Translations under genes and position numbers: made by a program
Assembly (NCBI RefSeq): GCF_032191835.1
Contig: NC_083224.1
Coordinates: 62,434,001 to 62,498,000 of the forward strand
Direction of reading: 5' to 3'
DNA length: 64,000 bases
Source: Heteronotia binoei
Taxonomy: Eukaryota
Shown: positions 1-13,246 of the stretch, one piece after another
How positions within the stretch are numbered: position 1 is the first letter of the stretch
Layout of the letters: every line of letters starts with the position of its first letter
The notes under the pieces: generated by a model
What the model saw: only the letters and a program-made list of their open reading frames with translations
Told to the model about the DNA's origin: nothing
Database searches by the model: none

Positions 1-860
1 TGGAGGCCGTGTCGTCGGCATGGACGTTGAAGTCACCCAGGACCATAAGCCTCGGGTACTCCAACGCCCAGCCCGCCACTGCCTCCAATAGTGATGGTAA
101 GGTGTTAGCTGGTGCGTTGGGCGGACGGTACACCAGCCAAACTGCCAACCCCTCTCCAACATCCCACGCCAGACCGGTGCATTCAATCCCATCAATCTTT
201 GGATCCGGGAGAGCCCGAAAGGAGTAATCCTCCCATATGAGTAATACTACCCCTCCCCCCCGCCCGCTCATCCGTGATTGGTGAAAGACCGAGTATCCCG
301 GGGGGGACATCTGGGAGAGAGCTACTGTCTCCCCGTCCCTCACCCAGGTCTCGGTCACGCAAGCCAGGTCCATGTTCTGCCATAGCAGAAACTCCCTAAG
401 GGTTGCAGTCTTATTATTTATGGACCTGGCGTTACATAACACCAATGACAGAGGCGAGCATTTCCTCTTGGTCCCACTACCTGCTACCATTGGGATGGGA
501 AGTAGACTGGAAGGTGGCCGAGCACCATTTTGTCTCTGTCTCCTTCCCTTATATTTTTGTCTATTCCCACCATCATATCTTCCCCTCCCCAGGAGCACTG
601 GGATCCCCTGGCCGAACATCTGCACCAACCCAAGATAAACCCACCGGTGTCACTCCCCCAATTTGTTTGCACCTGCCATTTCAATTTACCCTCCTCACCA
701 TAACCCCTCCGGTTCCCGGCTAATAGACCCACTACTTATGTCTTAAATTAATTAATTTAGTTAGCCCTCCCAATCCGCCTTACAACCAATTAGTTTAAAT
801 TCATATAAATTCATTAGTTCCTAAGCTTATTAATAAATAAATAAATAAAAAATTATGTTT
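1..860 (-). mobile_element. 5' part of an L2-clade LINE running off the left edge
   Basis: Open APE endonuclease frame (2-619) preceded by about 240 nt of leader. Left boundary is outside the window; right boundary approximate (AT-rich tract 830-860). Confidence 0.75.
2..619 (-). CDS. LINE ORF2 N-terminus: basic leader plus APE-type endonuclease (partial, no stop in window)
   Basis: Manual translation: MFGQGIPVLLGRGRY...LVLCNARSINNK...CVTETW...GRGGGV...VYRPP...VLGDFNVH. 206 uninterrupted codons. Absent from the ORF track because it runs off the edge. Confidence 0.85.
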   Translation of the reverse strand, partial: MFGQGIPVLLGRGRYDGGNRQKYKGRRQRQNGARPPSSLLPIPMVAGSGTKRKCSPLSLVLCNARSINNKTATLREFLLWQNMDLACVTETWVRDGETVALSQMSPPGYSVFHQSRMSGRGGGVVLLIWEDYSFRALPDPKIDGIECTGLAWDVGEGLAVWLVYRPPNAPANTLPSLLEAVAGWALEYPRLMVLGDFNVHADDTAS

Positions 861-1664
861 AAATAGATGAGTGGACGCTCACGGCTATGCAATATCATGC
901 ACAGTTTTTTCAATGTGCTAAATAACTCCCTTTAAAAATTAATTTTGGTGCCTCCAGGTTTTTATTAATGCAAGGGAAGTATAGCCTATACCATCTTTAA
1001 AGCATTCCAACAAAAATAGTTGCTATGTAGAGGTTTTAATGTGTTTGAATATAAGCTTTAAAACACAAAAGATTACTTTTTCCCAGTTGAATATTTCAGT
1101 TCAAGTATTGCTGCTGAGATATAAAATTAATATGGCAGGACTTCTTAAACTTTGTTTCTGAAATAGAATAAACATGGTAAATCAGATCCCACTGTATTAA
1201 AGATGTTGGATAAATTACCTATTCAGATTTTTTTCAGAAGACCCTCATCAATGGTAGAAGGGGGCAGAGTTTTGGACAAGTTCACTATTACTAGGCTTCT
1301 CATTGAAGAATCCCTGATAAGATTCTGGGGAACTTGAGCATTCCTGGCAAGTTTGAAAACCACTACCATAGTATCCTGTGGGTTCATCTCAGTGCTTTAA
1401 TATTAACCCAAGCCCATAAATGACTACTTCTTTTCTAGGTGTTTCGACACTGTTACAGTTGATTGTGCAGATTGCTTAGCTTGTACTGATACAACAGTTT
1501 ACTAGGTAAAACCATGAATTATGAATGACTAAGCACAATATGAATACCATAGCCCATGTTTGCTGAGGGAGTTGGATGCATAGAGATTCAGGAAACAGGC
1601 TTCTCAAAATATTAATCTGGGTAGTTTTTAGTTTTTCAAAATGATTTTCTCAAAGCAGAATAGT

Positions 1665-2520
1665 TCATAGAAGCATAGAGTTGGAAGGGATCTCCAGGGT
1701 CATCTAGTCCAATCCCCTGCGTGATGCAGAAACTTCACAAATACCTCCCCTCCCCTCCACACACATACATACCCAGTGATCAGTGTTCCCTCTAAGATGA
1801 GTTAGCGTGAGCAAGCTCAGTTTTTTGGCATCTGGCTCACAGATTTTTATTTTAGGAAGGATGGCCCCAAAGCAGACTGTGTAGCAGCCAGATTCACAAC
1901 TTCAAAGCCAGTAGCTCACAAAGTAGAATTCTTGCTCAGAAGACTCTACAATTTAGAGGGAGTATTGCCAGTGTCCTCTGTTCCATGACCAGAAATGGCA
2001 AAAGCCTCCAGGATCCCTTGCCAAACTGCTCTTGAGAAAAATTTCTGATTGACCCCAAACTGGCAATCAGCATTTCACTGGGCATGTATGAAAAGGTCAC
2101 AAGAACTAAGTTCCGATTCAACCCTTCCTGCCTCCTTATGATCTGCCTAATTCACAGAATCAGCATTGCTGTCACATAGCTATCTAGTCTCTGTTTAAAA
2201 ACCTCCAAGGAAGGAGAGCCCACCACCTCCCGAGGAAGCCTGTTCCACTGAGGAATCGCTCTGGCAGGAAGTTCTTCCTAATGTTTATCCAGAAACTCTT
2301 GATTTAATTTCAGCCTGTTGGTTCTGGTCCGACCTTTTGGGTCAACAGAACTCATTTTGAAAAAATTCTGCACCATTTTCTATATGACAGTCCTTCAAGT
2401 ACTTAAAGATGGTGATCATATCACCTATCAGCCGTCTCCTCTCCAACTAAACATACCCAGCTCCTTCAACCTTTTCTTATAGGGCTTGGTCTCCAGATCT
2501 CTCACCATTTTCATTTCCCT
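1665..2520 (-). mobile_element. CR1 LINE 3' fragment
   Basis: CATAGAAGCATAGAGTTGGAAGGG-type tail and RT C-terminal sequence, similar to the copy at 27938-28500. Confidence 0.7.
1781..1967. mobile_element. hAT-type MITE nested in the CR1 fragment
   Basis: Imperfect TIRs CAGTGTTCCCTCTAA / TTAGAGGGAGTATTG; 8-bp TSD CCAGTGAT / CCAGTGTC. Confidence 0.75.
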
Positions 2521-3789
2521 CCCCTTTATTAAAGTATCTTCCTCAGCCATTTTCTGTTTTACTAAATTTAATGATAGTTGGTAGGGCACTAAAGAAGCAA
2601 AGGTGAAAGAACTGCAATCTGTAAGTATCTTTCTTGTCTGTGTGCCCCCTTCATTCTGAACTCAACATGTTTTCCAGGCATTACTTCCCTCCTGAAAGTC
2701 AAGTAGAAGGTATTGAATAGCAACACAGAGGCTGATATGGTAGCTTTGCTTGTTTCACATTTACACTCTTCTAAGCCGTGTTAGTATTTCTTTAATGAAC
2801 TGTGAAGCGAGTGTGATATACAATGCAGGCTTGTTCCTTATCCTTATAGCTGAGGTCTTTGCAGATGATAACTGTTTAGAACCTTCACTGTCACGCTGTT
2901 ATTTTCACAATAGACCATGTGCATTTATTAGCTGTGAAAGGAGCTCAGCACTTGCCTTTGGAGACTTGTTTGCAATCATCTGTTATCCATAATGGGCTAT
3001 GCAAACTCTGTTCTTGCAACTGACCTCCATGGTCAATTGTCTGCTACTGAAGTAGGCTGTGGGCCAAATGCTGTGAACAATTGCAATGCATTCTCTGCAA
3101 ATGAAGGCAAGGCTTAGCCCTGCCAGCCCATCTGTTCCTACTGCTGCCAGTCCATCTGCTGCCATAGTGTTCAGCCTGGTTGCCTTTGTGACTAGGCTGG
3201 TGAACTTCCCTGTCCTGTTCAGGGCTAGGCTAAACTGTTTACTCAACTTGCAGTACATTCCTAAGCAAAGTTACACCCTTCTTAAGCCCACTGACTTCAA
3301 TATGAAAGGGTATAACTGCTTAGATGATAGATGGCCTGGAGAAAGGGTTGTACCGCCTGTCATCTAACTGCTTTACTAGATATTTTTGTGGAGGGAGTGT
3401 TCTGAATTTTTCTACTGTTGAGGTTGATATATGAATCTATTATTTCAGCATTCCCCCACATAAACCCCCTCAGCAGCCCATGCAGAGAATGTTTAATGCT
3501 TTGCACATAGACAGGTTTTAGCCAGTGGTAGAACTGACCATGTTAACATCTGAGTCATCTACTGGTAGGTGCTAGTAATCATAGCTATGTATGGATGTTG
3601 TGACAGGAGGTCCTAGAGAGAATTCCTTTCTCTGAAGTGCTTTTTGGTGGTAGAAGACTGCACCCAACTTCTGTTTCATGTGTCCAGAGAGAGGACATAT
3701 ATTCTTAACCTGATAACTCTGAAATAAAGGGACATGCTTTTTTGTGTTCCACTGTTCTGTATCCACAGACACTGGTGTGCAAGCCAGTG

Positions 3790-4960
3790 CTATTAAGGTT
3801 GCTCAGAAAGAATCTGGAATAAGGGGTGAACAGCATAGCGGCCAAGTTTGCAGATGATGCCAAGTTATCCAGGATGATGAAAACCAAGGCAGATTGTGAA
3901 GAGCTCCAAGAGTGAACAATACATGTGGGAAATGATGTTCAATGCAGGTAAAGGCCAGATAACACAAAAAAAAAAGAGATCCTAACTTTAAATATATTCT
4001 GATGGGGTTTAAAGGGGCAGTGGCTGAGAGGGAAAAGGATCTTGGTGTTCCAGTGGACCATAATGAAAATTTCAACTCTCAGTATGGGGCTGAGGTGAAA
4101 AGAGCAAACTTCATGCTGGATATTATTAGGAAAGGGATTGCAAATAAAATGCCCAATGTAACCATGTCTGCTGTATAGTTGTAAGGTGAGGCCTCATTTG
4201 GAATACTGTGTACAGTTCTGGGACAAATGCAGAAGAGGGCAACTGGGTTGATTGAGCACTCTTCCTAGAAGGAAACATTCAAGGGTCTGGAGATTTGCAG
4301 TGTAAAAAGCCATGAGGGGGAGGACATGATTGAAGGTTGTAAAATTAAACATGGGAGTGGAGAAAGCAGACAGGGAGCTATTTTTGCATACTAGGACTTG
4401 AATGCACCTAATTTAGTTGACAATAGATTAAGGCCAGCTAGTAGAAGTTCTTATTCATTTAATTAGTTAGTACTTTTTAATTTAATCTATGTATCCCGCT
4501 TTTCTTCCCAGTGGGGACCAAAATCAACTTATGATATTGTTCTCTCCTCTGATTATTTCTCACAGCAATCCTATGAGGTAGGATAGCCTGAGAGAGAATG
4601 ATAGCACAAAATCACCCAAGACGTTTCTGTAGTGGAACAGAGATTCAAACCTGGTGCCCCAGGCCCTATCACTCGCTGAACTGACAGTATCTACTGGAAT
4701 TCACTGCCAGTAGATGCACTGATGGCCAGTAGCACAGGTGACTTTAAAAGGGCATTAGATCAATGGAGGGTAGGTCCATAAATGGCTACTAGCCAAGAAG
4801 ACTAAAGGGAAGCTGTGTGCAGAGGCAGTAAACATTTGAACACCAGTGCTAGGAGGTAACTTCAGGGGAAGGCCACAGTCCTCATGCTTTATCCGTTGGC
4901 TCTCTAGGACTAATGGTTGGACACTCTGAAACTGGGATGCCAGACCAGCAGTGTCATCCT
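3790..4960 (+). mobile_element. Old degraded CR1 RT/3' fragment, interrupted by a SINE
   Basis: GCCAAGTTTGCAGATGATGCCAAG (KFADD), GAGGCCTCATTTGGAATACTGTGTACAGTTCTGG and TGGAATTCACTGCCAG motifs shared with younger CR1 copies. Confidence 0.6.
4470..4690 (-). mobile_element. tRNA-derived SINE (Squam3-like), degraded
   Basis: Reverse-strand similarity to 14552-14792 and 58568-58832; B-box-like GGTTTGAATCTC on minus. Confidence 0.55.
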
Positions 4961-7804
4961 AAACAAGGTTACAACCCATTGACTTCAACAGATTTAGAAG
5001 GGAGTTGGTAACGACTTGGTGCTTCCATTCCATCTTTACCTTTAATTCTGTTGGACAGGAATTGGTTTGATCCACCAGGACACCTCCTAAATTAGGAACC
5101 ATATCTTCTTCCTCTTGTATAGCTCTGGAGGTTGAAGGAAAGTCAACATTTTCTGGACTTGAGTGTCATGTAGCCTGATTATTTAACTGAATCAAAGTGT
5201 GTCCTACTGAGTTCAACTGGACTTAGCCCTACTTTCGTTTCTAAAGTAGAAGAACAAATGGCTGAAGTCTTCACAGAGAACTGTGGTGCTGGTATGATCA
5301 AAAGGGGTGTCAGACACAAACAGTTCTGTGGACCAGACTCCTCTTCAGCTATTTTCTGGTTTTCTTGCTTCCTTAACTATTCAGTTGAAAAACTTACATC
5401 AGAGTGACACCTGAACTGTAGTGGTATTGCTCTGATTTGAATTTCTGGACAAACCAATTTTGCTGGCAACTGATTTCTTAAAAAAAAATAATCCTGGATT
5501 GCTCTCTGAATTGGTTGTCTTAATTTTTACCATTAAAGTCACCTTGTCTTACTGCTGTGTTATGCTGGAAATGTGGTGTCTCTCTTTTAAAAAATAAAAA
5601 ATCATGCTGTAAGATAAGCTATCTTTTGTTTATAGGGATGTGATATTCTGGAATGGTTGGACACAAGGGGTGGCTGGTAGCTTTATGGGGACATTACACT
5701 TCTTTGTTTCAAAGAATTCATTCGTTGTTTTTCAGCTTTGGAAAACTTTGCTCTAAGTGAACACTGAGATTCCACTTGAACTTGGATTTAATAATCACTT
5801 TAAGACTGAGGCTTGTGTTACTGAGTGGAACAGAGATTCAAACCTGGTGCCCCAGTCCCTATCACTCGCTGCACTGACTCAGTATCTACTGGAATTCACT
5901 GCCAGTAGATGCACTGATGGCCAGTAGCACAGGTGGCTTTAATTTTGAGAATGAAGGACTATTTTCTTCAGTACTCTTGTCATTGAAGGTGTAATAGAGA
6001 TGTATGCCAGCAGAGGGTGCTCCAGGCATTATATTTGACTGCAGTCTGCAGCTTTCCAGAGAAACCTTGTTTTGCCAGTATCTGAGCACTTTTCAAGGGT
6101 GTTTGTTTTAGCGGGGTACAAGTTGCTATACAGAGCTACTAAATTTCTCTACAAGTCTACAAAAAATTTAAGTTCTGGACCACTAACCATTTTGTTCTTC
6201 CAGTGTACCTGCCTCTTCTTACAGGTAGAAAAGCCAACAACCTGGAGGAAAGAAAAAGTCCTGATCTTTATCAGAAGTTATATGGGTGTTATTTATCAGA
6301 TGATAACCCTTTATCTCCATGCCATAAAAAGCTTCAATTACCCATTTCCACATGTTAAGCCTTTGTTATAGGGGCAAGACATTTGTTTTCCAGGTTCTTG
6401 GTACAATGGGGGTGAGTACATGTGTTTCTGTTTACAACTTCGTGGGAATGGAAGAACATTTTAGCAAAAAGTCAACAAATACTGAAACTTAGGGTGTGGT
6501 CAGATTGCTGTGTCAGTATTTTGGCTTTAAATGAACCATGTGAGTTTGGGGCAGTTTATGTCAATCAGACAGCGCCCCCTGAGCCAGAATCAGTGCTGTG
6601 GGCTCATGGTTGGCTACTGCAACCACGGACCCATGGCTGGGTTGGGTGTTCCTTCCCCCAACTTCCTGTTGTGCATGCACAGAAGCCAAGAAGTGCACAT
6701 GTGCTTCTAGCTGGTTCTAGTGGGGTGCTGAAGCACATGTTGTAGTGGGGTTGGAAAGGGGGGGGGGGACAATCACACCGCTCATGCATTTCCATGGCAC
6801 ACCGCAGTGATCAGACAGCTGGAAACCCATCATGGAAGTGCTTTGCTGCGGAATCTACTGGAATTTGCTGGTGGCTATTTAATCCACATTTCAGCATGAG
6901 ACACTGGGGCCAGATGTGTGCATGTGATCACACCCATTTAATCCGGAATGGAGGAGTGGCTATGTTGGGCCAAACTGCTAGTGTGATTGCACTCATAGAA
7001 AGACCTCAGTGTTATACAGTTAAAAAAAAAAAAAAAGCCAGACTTCTGCTGAGGAAAAAGTTTGGTTAATGCCTATTAATGAATGCCTTCCTTCTAATGC
7101 AATGCTACTTTCCTATGGTCTCAGAAGAACATGAGTTGATGCCTCATCCTAGTAAGCTGAGTGTGGAGAATGCATCACTGCCATAAACATGCAGAGAAGG
7201 GTATGCTTTCAGATGAAGATGTTACCAACACAAGATATTTTTTGTACAGTGTAGCATAAGGGAAGGCCTTCTTTTCAACAGTGGTGTTCAAATGGCAGTA
7301 AGACATCACAGTGTTCTGGAGAGTATCTGATTCTATCATGAGAATACATGATAAAACTGTGCATCTTGTTCAGCATACCAAAGGAAGCTTTGGGTCCAGG
7401 TTTTTCAAACTGTACCCCTCTGTGGTACATGGCAAGCTACTTTGGGAACCAGGTTCAAAACCATTTGCAGCACAAGGATCAGCTGTGTGTTTATGAGCCT
7501 CTGAAGCCTGACCTTTTAAACTGAGGTAGGATCTTTATGAAGGACTTAATCTTGGTGAAATTGATATTCACTGATGGTACATCTGGCCTGAACTGTTGAT
7601 GCATGTAAGCTGTCGATTTATGCAGCGATGACTGTTAAATGTATTAAGAATCTTACACCATATGTGAAATACGAGTTGGGCCTGCCTCATGTTTCACTTT
7701 GTTATGAGACCCTTAAATAATTGTGCAACATTAGGGTGCTTCTGGACTAGAAAGACCACCAAGATTTCCATGGTAGAAGCTGTGGAGAATCAAAGTTCCC
7801 TTCA

Positions 7805-7925
7805 AGATATCTGACAAAGAGAGCTTAGATGGTTGAAAGTTTATACCCTGGAAAACTTGCTGGTTTTTAAGGTGTTAATGGACTCAAGTCTTGCTCTTCT
7901 ACTGAGGACCAACATGGCTACCTAC
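7805..7925 (+). mobile_element. Penelope-like pseudo-LTR fragment
   Basis: CTGGTTTTTAAGGTG...GGACTC...GACCAACATGGCTACC terminus, similar to 27690-27825 in reverse. Confidence 0.5.
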
Positions 7926-7927
7926 CC

Positions 7928-8190
7928 AGGGCAAGCCCTAGCCCTTCTGGCGCCCTAGGCAGCACAGCTCCGTCCCAGCCCCAAGTCACTGGGCCTGCTG
8001 CCTACTCGCAAGTAGCCCTGTGCCTGCCACCTACTTTCGAGTAGCCCCATGCCTGCCACCTACTCATGAGTAGCCCAGGAGTTGGCGGCAGGTGCGGGGC
8101 TACTTGCAGGAAGAAGGCGGCAGTGCGGGGGGGGGAGAGGCAGGCAGACAAACCAGCGCCCCCTCTCAGACTCAGCCCGGCCCTACTGGC
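7928..8190. mobile_element. GC-rich hAT-like MITE with internal ~30-bp repeats
   Basis: Starts CAGGGCAAGCCCTAG...GGCGCCCTAGGC, ends CCGGCCCT; repeated GCCTGCCACCTACT...GAGTAGCCC units. Confidence 0.4.
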
Positions 8191-9663
8191 TTCAATGAGG
8201 CCAGCTTCTTATCCTTCTTTGAAGAACTCACTGGAGGAGGCTTCTCCGCCCTCCTTTCCGGAACTGGAAGGGAGGAGGAGTGAAGCTTCCTCCAGCCCCA
8301 TAACAGTTTTCATGACTGTGATGTGAAACCTTTCCTGCTAAGAGAGAAGTGTCTGCGGTTCTTTCTGCTTCAGGATCTGTTCTCTTCCTGGCCTTTTGTA
8401 ATCCCACACCCTATTCCCTCCCCACACAGCTCATGGTTCTAGAAGCCCTGACACACTACATGAATCAACTCTGTTTATTAAAGATTTTAGTGTGTTTCTC
8501 ATGAAAAGAGGCACGTGAATCTTTCTTCCATTGCTGCTGTAATGTACTTCAGCTGTTATGGCACTATGGGCTGTTTCTTTGTGCCGTTGCAGGATCAAAG
8601 AGAACTTGTTACAACCACTTTGGGGTGGAAAGTTGACATTGCATAAATATGAGTGTATTTCCATCAAAAGGCACCCTGATAAATTTGCTGGGAATTGGGG
8701 AAAAATCTCACTTATCAGTAGAAAAAGTTAAGTGAATTTGCTCCAAACGCAGGTAAGGTATGTTAAATGCAGTGAAAGAGCTTTCCCCAAACTGACTTGT
8801 ATTGCAGTTGGGAGCAGTGAGAATGACTGCAATCTACTATCAGTACAGAACTGTAATTATAACAGTATTTGGATGGTACTGTGGGCTTGAGGAGGATGGT
8901 TTGGAACGCAATGTATGGACCCAGCCTAATGACTAATCCTTTTTACTTTGCTAATAAGCAATGCTGGAAGTTTAATTATAGTATTGGCAAGTTAAAATAT
9001 TTAAAATTTGCATTGCAAGTGTGTCTCTCCTTTTTTTAAAAAAAGGTCATTTTTAATCTGATGGTTTTTCTGTTTGCTTTCTTGAAGGCCTTGTCTGAAA
9101 AAATATTTGCTTCCAAAGGAGTGTGTTGCTTGTATCTACTGGCTGCACATTTGCAAAGCATTACAACCATCCATCCATCTGGGATTCTCAGAACAAGTCT
9201 GCAGAGAAGCCATTGGGGATTTACTAGTTTACTCTTTTGCAATTGCCTGAAAATTAAAGATGGACAAAATAAGAGTTGGATTTAGGTCATTTATCATTTT
9301 AAAACCTTGTATTGTTTCTTTAATGCCAAATTAAAGTTAGTTGTTTCTATCTGATGTCAGTTTCATGATTCTGTTAGTCTTAATGGATCTCTCCTCAGGA
9401 CAGAGTGGAGGGTAAAGTACTGAGTGTCAGTACTCAGTACTGAGAGGAAGGAAGGGGCAAAATTACCCTCATACTTCTTGTGTCAGTAGAGCTGGGACTT
9501 GTGGTGGAAAAAACATTTTTGCTCTCTTTCTCCATGTGTCTGTTAGTTCACAGGCGTTCTCTGACCTTTGGAATCAACCCAGAAAGGAGCATGAGGAAGC
9601 GTGGCTAGTGTTGACACCTTCTGGTGACTGACAATCATGGGATCTATCCACATCTTTCAGGAT

Positions 9664-9812
9664 TAGGGTTGCTAGCTCAGGGGTGGGGATCCTGGGGTAG
9701 AACCTGGGTGGGGTTTGGGGATGGATGGGACCTCCACAGGGTATAATGCTATAGGATCTGTGCTTCAAAGCAGCCATTTTCTCCAGGTACCACCTAGAGC
9801 TTGGCAACCCTA
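9664..9812. mobile_element. MITE with TAGGGTTGC termini
   Basis: TIRs TAGGGTTGC / GCAACCCTA; related copies at ~14340-14553, ~49530-49700 and 57247-57615. Confidence 0.65.
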
Positions 9813-10954
9813 TTTGAGATGTTGGTCAGTGCCTTTTTAAGTTTCTGCTGTTTGAGCCACAATCATTCACTTAAGAGGAATTGGCCATTTTGGAGCAAAA
9901 TCTCTAATAGAATTGCAGTGCTTAAGACTTGAGCGCACACTTTTCCCGCTACTGTTTAGCCAATCACATGCCTTAGGCATGTTTATGTTACTAAATCAGA
10001 GCATCTCAGAATCCCAATTTATTTCCTACAGCAAGGTCTGACTGATGAAAGTAGACCTCTAAAATTCTAGAAAAGAAAAAAAAAACCCTTTCATAATCTG
10101 GTGTATGGTTTACTCTGAGTGCTGGTGAGAGATTTTGGGCCTGGATCAATGCAGGCCTGAGAGGTTTGTTAACACTACATTGATTCTCTTTACAGTGAGT
10201 TGTTTGGCTCAAAGGGGTTTTTTACCTGCCTGCCAGTCCTGCTTTATTATCCATGAAATGGTTTTCTTTTCATCCATTATTGAAGGGTCCCAGTTTATAA
10301 AGCATAGAGTTTTAAAGGATCACAAATGTGTGTTTACTTTTTTGATACAACAAGAAGAATGTTGCCTTTTTGAAAACAGAGATGGGGTGGAGGATTGCTG
10401 AGATACAATCAGAAGTCACAGTTCCTGTGGGGACTGCTTTGAGTCTCTAGAGGGGTGAGCAAGATGCTGCATTCCTTGGAATGTTGGCCATTTGGTCTCT
10501 CTTCAGAGGTATGTGCATGCATGTCATCAAGTTGCAATGGATTAATGGCAGTTCAGCAAGAGGCTTTAAAAAAAAAATGAAATATAAAATTTATTTAGAA
10601 TCTGTCACAAACATTTCACTCCACAAAAAAAAGGGAAAGAGAGAAAAGTCAAAATATTCCAGGAAGTGGAGTACATTTTAACAGTAAAATTCAGAAAAAC
10701 AAAAGCTTTTACAGTCAAGGACAATATCAACAATGAATCAAGATAGAGAGGGTCAACATTACAACTTAAGTTTGATCAATGTTCCCCCTACAGAATATTT
10801 TGGAATTTACTCCATATCGCAAGAGAAAGACCTCTACTACTCCCTCTTTTTCTGATGTGTCAACAAGAAAGAGAAAAGAACTCCAGGTTCAGATACAGAC
10901 TAAGGGAGGAAAGGAAGGGGCCAGAACAAATTCATACACATATTTCATAAAAGC

Positions 10955-11052
10955 AAGCGAGAGGCAGAGGTGGTTTGCCATTGCCTTCCTTTGCAGAGCT
11001 GTCATTTGTGGTCTTTCTTCCAAGTACTGACCTTGCTTAGTTTCTGAGATCA
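10955..11052 (-). mobile_element. 5S rRNA-derived SINE fragment with BovB-type tail
   Basis: AGAGGTGGTTTGCCATTGCCTTCC plus CCTTGCTTAGTTTCTGAGATC (5S box A, reversed). Confidence 0.55.
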
Positions 11053-13246
11053 ACTATACTCTGCAGTCTCTCCTCCCCTCCTCATAGGTACTAAAATCAT
11101 AACCCATGATGGGGCTGGGTACTCCATGTTCAGGTGCTGGAGTTTGTGCGTTTCTGTCTCAAATGATAGGTATTCTTGAATGTCTTCTCATTCTCAGTGT
11201 CACTACCTTCCATGTTTTCCCTCTGTCTTATTATCTGAGCTGTATAAAATAAACTGAATACTTTGTCAATTTGAGTCTTAGGGCTGATTCGCTTTATTCC
11301 GTTCATGATGGAATGTATGTAATCAAGCTTCTCTGTGCCTGTAGTGGCTCTCTTCTCTTGTAGAAAGTAGAAGAAATGTTCATTAGAGTTCCCAACCTGG
11401 CCTTGGAGAATTTTCACTCCCCACTGGTCAAGAAAAAGCTGCTTCATGATATTCTTGCTCATTGCCTTGATTTTCCTTCTGACTAATAGTCTCTAATCTA
11501 TATAATTTAGCATAGTAAAGTTTCTTGCCTAAAAGATGTACTGTGTGAATCTGGGAGCTGTATAAAAATAAATTGAATGATTCCAATCTTGCCCTAGTGC
11601 TTTGTGCTCTCTGTATATGCATGGGGAGCATTTTGATGTGACAGGCTCAGCATAGGGACTGATCTGGGTAACATTACCTGTACCAGCTACTGGGGAAGGA
11701 ATGCTCCTGTATTAATAAAGCAACATGCAAACTCACTGTGAGAAGTAAAATGTAAACAAACTTGAGTAATATCTGTGATGTTCGCTTTGTTGCAAGACTT
11801 ATGACAGCTAACAATCTGCATTGAGCAAATATTAAAGAGGCAATATACTGTTCCATTAGGATTGGCAGTTGCTTACCTAGGAAACAGCACCTGCTTGTTA
11901 AAAAATCCCAGGGAAGCAAGCTTGTATTCCTCACTGCCTTTTCCATGTGCTTCAGTCTGTGCATCATCTGATTGCATGTCTGATTTGCCATGAAGGAAAA
12001 TCCACATCCCACTTACTACAGCCAACAAGGTGAACTGAAGAATTCACCACTGGGGTAGGAGCAGCTGCAGCCTCAGAGCTGTTAGAGCAACAGGTGCTAT
12101 CTCAGGGTCAGCATCTGGCAGCCCTCTTTCCCATCCCTGATAGCTCTAATCTGAAGATTGCCTGTTAAGTAATTACAGTACAAGCCAAATAGGTAACTAG
12201 TGACAGTTTATGGGATAATTATTCCAAGAGGCAGGCAATTGAATTGCTGATGTGTAATACAGTTCTGCATTTCCACAATTTGCAATGGAAGGAAAGTAGT
12301 TTAGAAGTCCTTGTATTACTAGTATCACTAACACTTTGGAGTGCCAGCTTCTTGGGGAAAATGTGCTCTTGTAGAACTAAATGAAATAAGAAGCTCTTCT
12401 AACTAATGGTCCCTGATTCAAGCACACTTGGCTCCTAAGTGCCATGAATATATATATCAGCAACATTCCCAGGAAACAGGAGGACCAGCCTTACTTAACT
12501 CTGCATATTTTCTTAAACACGGAGAAAACCAAGGTTCTCTGTGCTAGCTTGGTTGCATTCTTATGTGTCAAGTAAAGATGCTGGTTTCTACAGGCATGTG
12601 GTAAAGACATGTGGTAAACTATTCTCTGTACCTGTAGTCTAGCATGCCCAGTATCTGAAAGAATTTAAAATAGATGCTATATACAGTCCTTCCCTGAACG
12701 CCTCAGTTGTTCAGGAAGGAAGGAGGGAGGGAATGTGCAATCCCCAAGAGTTGTTGAGAGACTACTAAAGCTGGAAAGTGTGTGTGTGTCAAAATCTGCT
12801 TTACTAAATCAGCCATGACTGCCACTGTCATTAGATGAAAGAATGGTCTATGATGGGAAACTCCTGCTTGTCACCAGCGGCCCACTCCAGTAATTGGGAA
12901 TGGTTGTGCCCATATCATTTATATAATTTCACAGGTTTGTAATTATGGAGTTGGTCGTTGTGGGAGAAAGGAAGGGGATCTATCAAAATCTTGCCTTTTA
13001 ACCATAGGCAGTGAATTTAACATGGCAACAGAAATGCTTGTTGCTGGTAAAAAAAAATCAAGCAGCCTTATGGTTTTCAGACTCCAGGAAAAAATGTCTA
13101 GTTTCAACCAATATTTTTGGTGATGCAAGTATCATTAAAAGTCAGAGTTCTTCTGCAGCAAAGTGTGTGTGTGTGTTTGCGGGGGGGGGGGGGATTCTTT
13201 GCCCCATCAAATGGTGACTATTTGAATTTGTTTGAAAATCTAATGA

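Noticed and set aside
11677-11734. Minus-strand candidate exon (similar candidates near 11880, 26450 and 35055-35173)
   Set aside because: Good splice signals but unrecognised peptides and no consistent chain of phases or strand.
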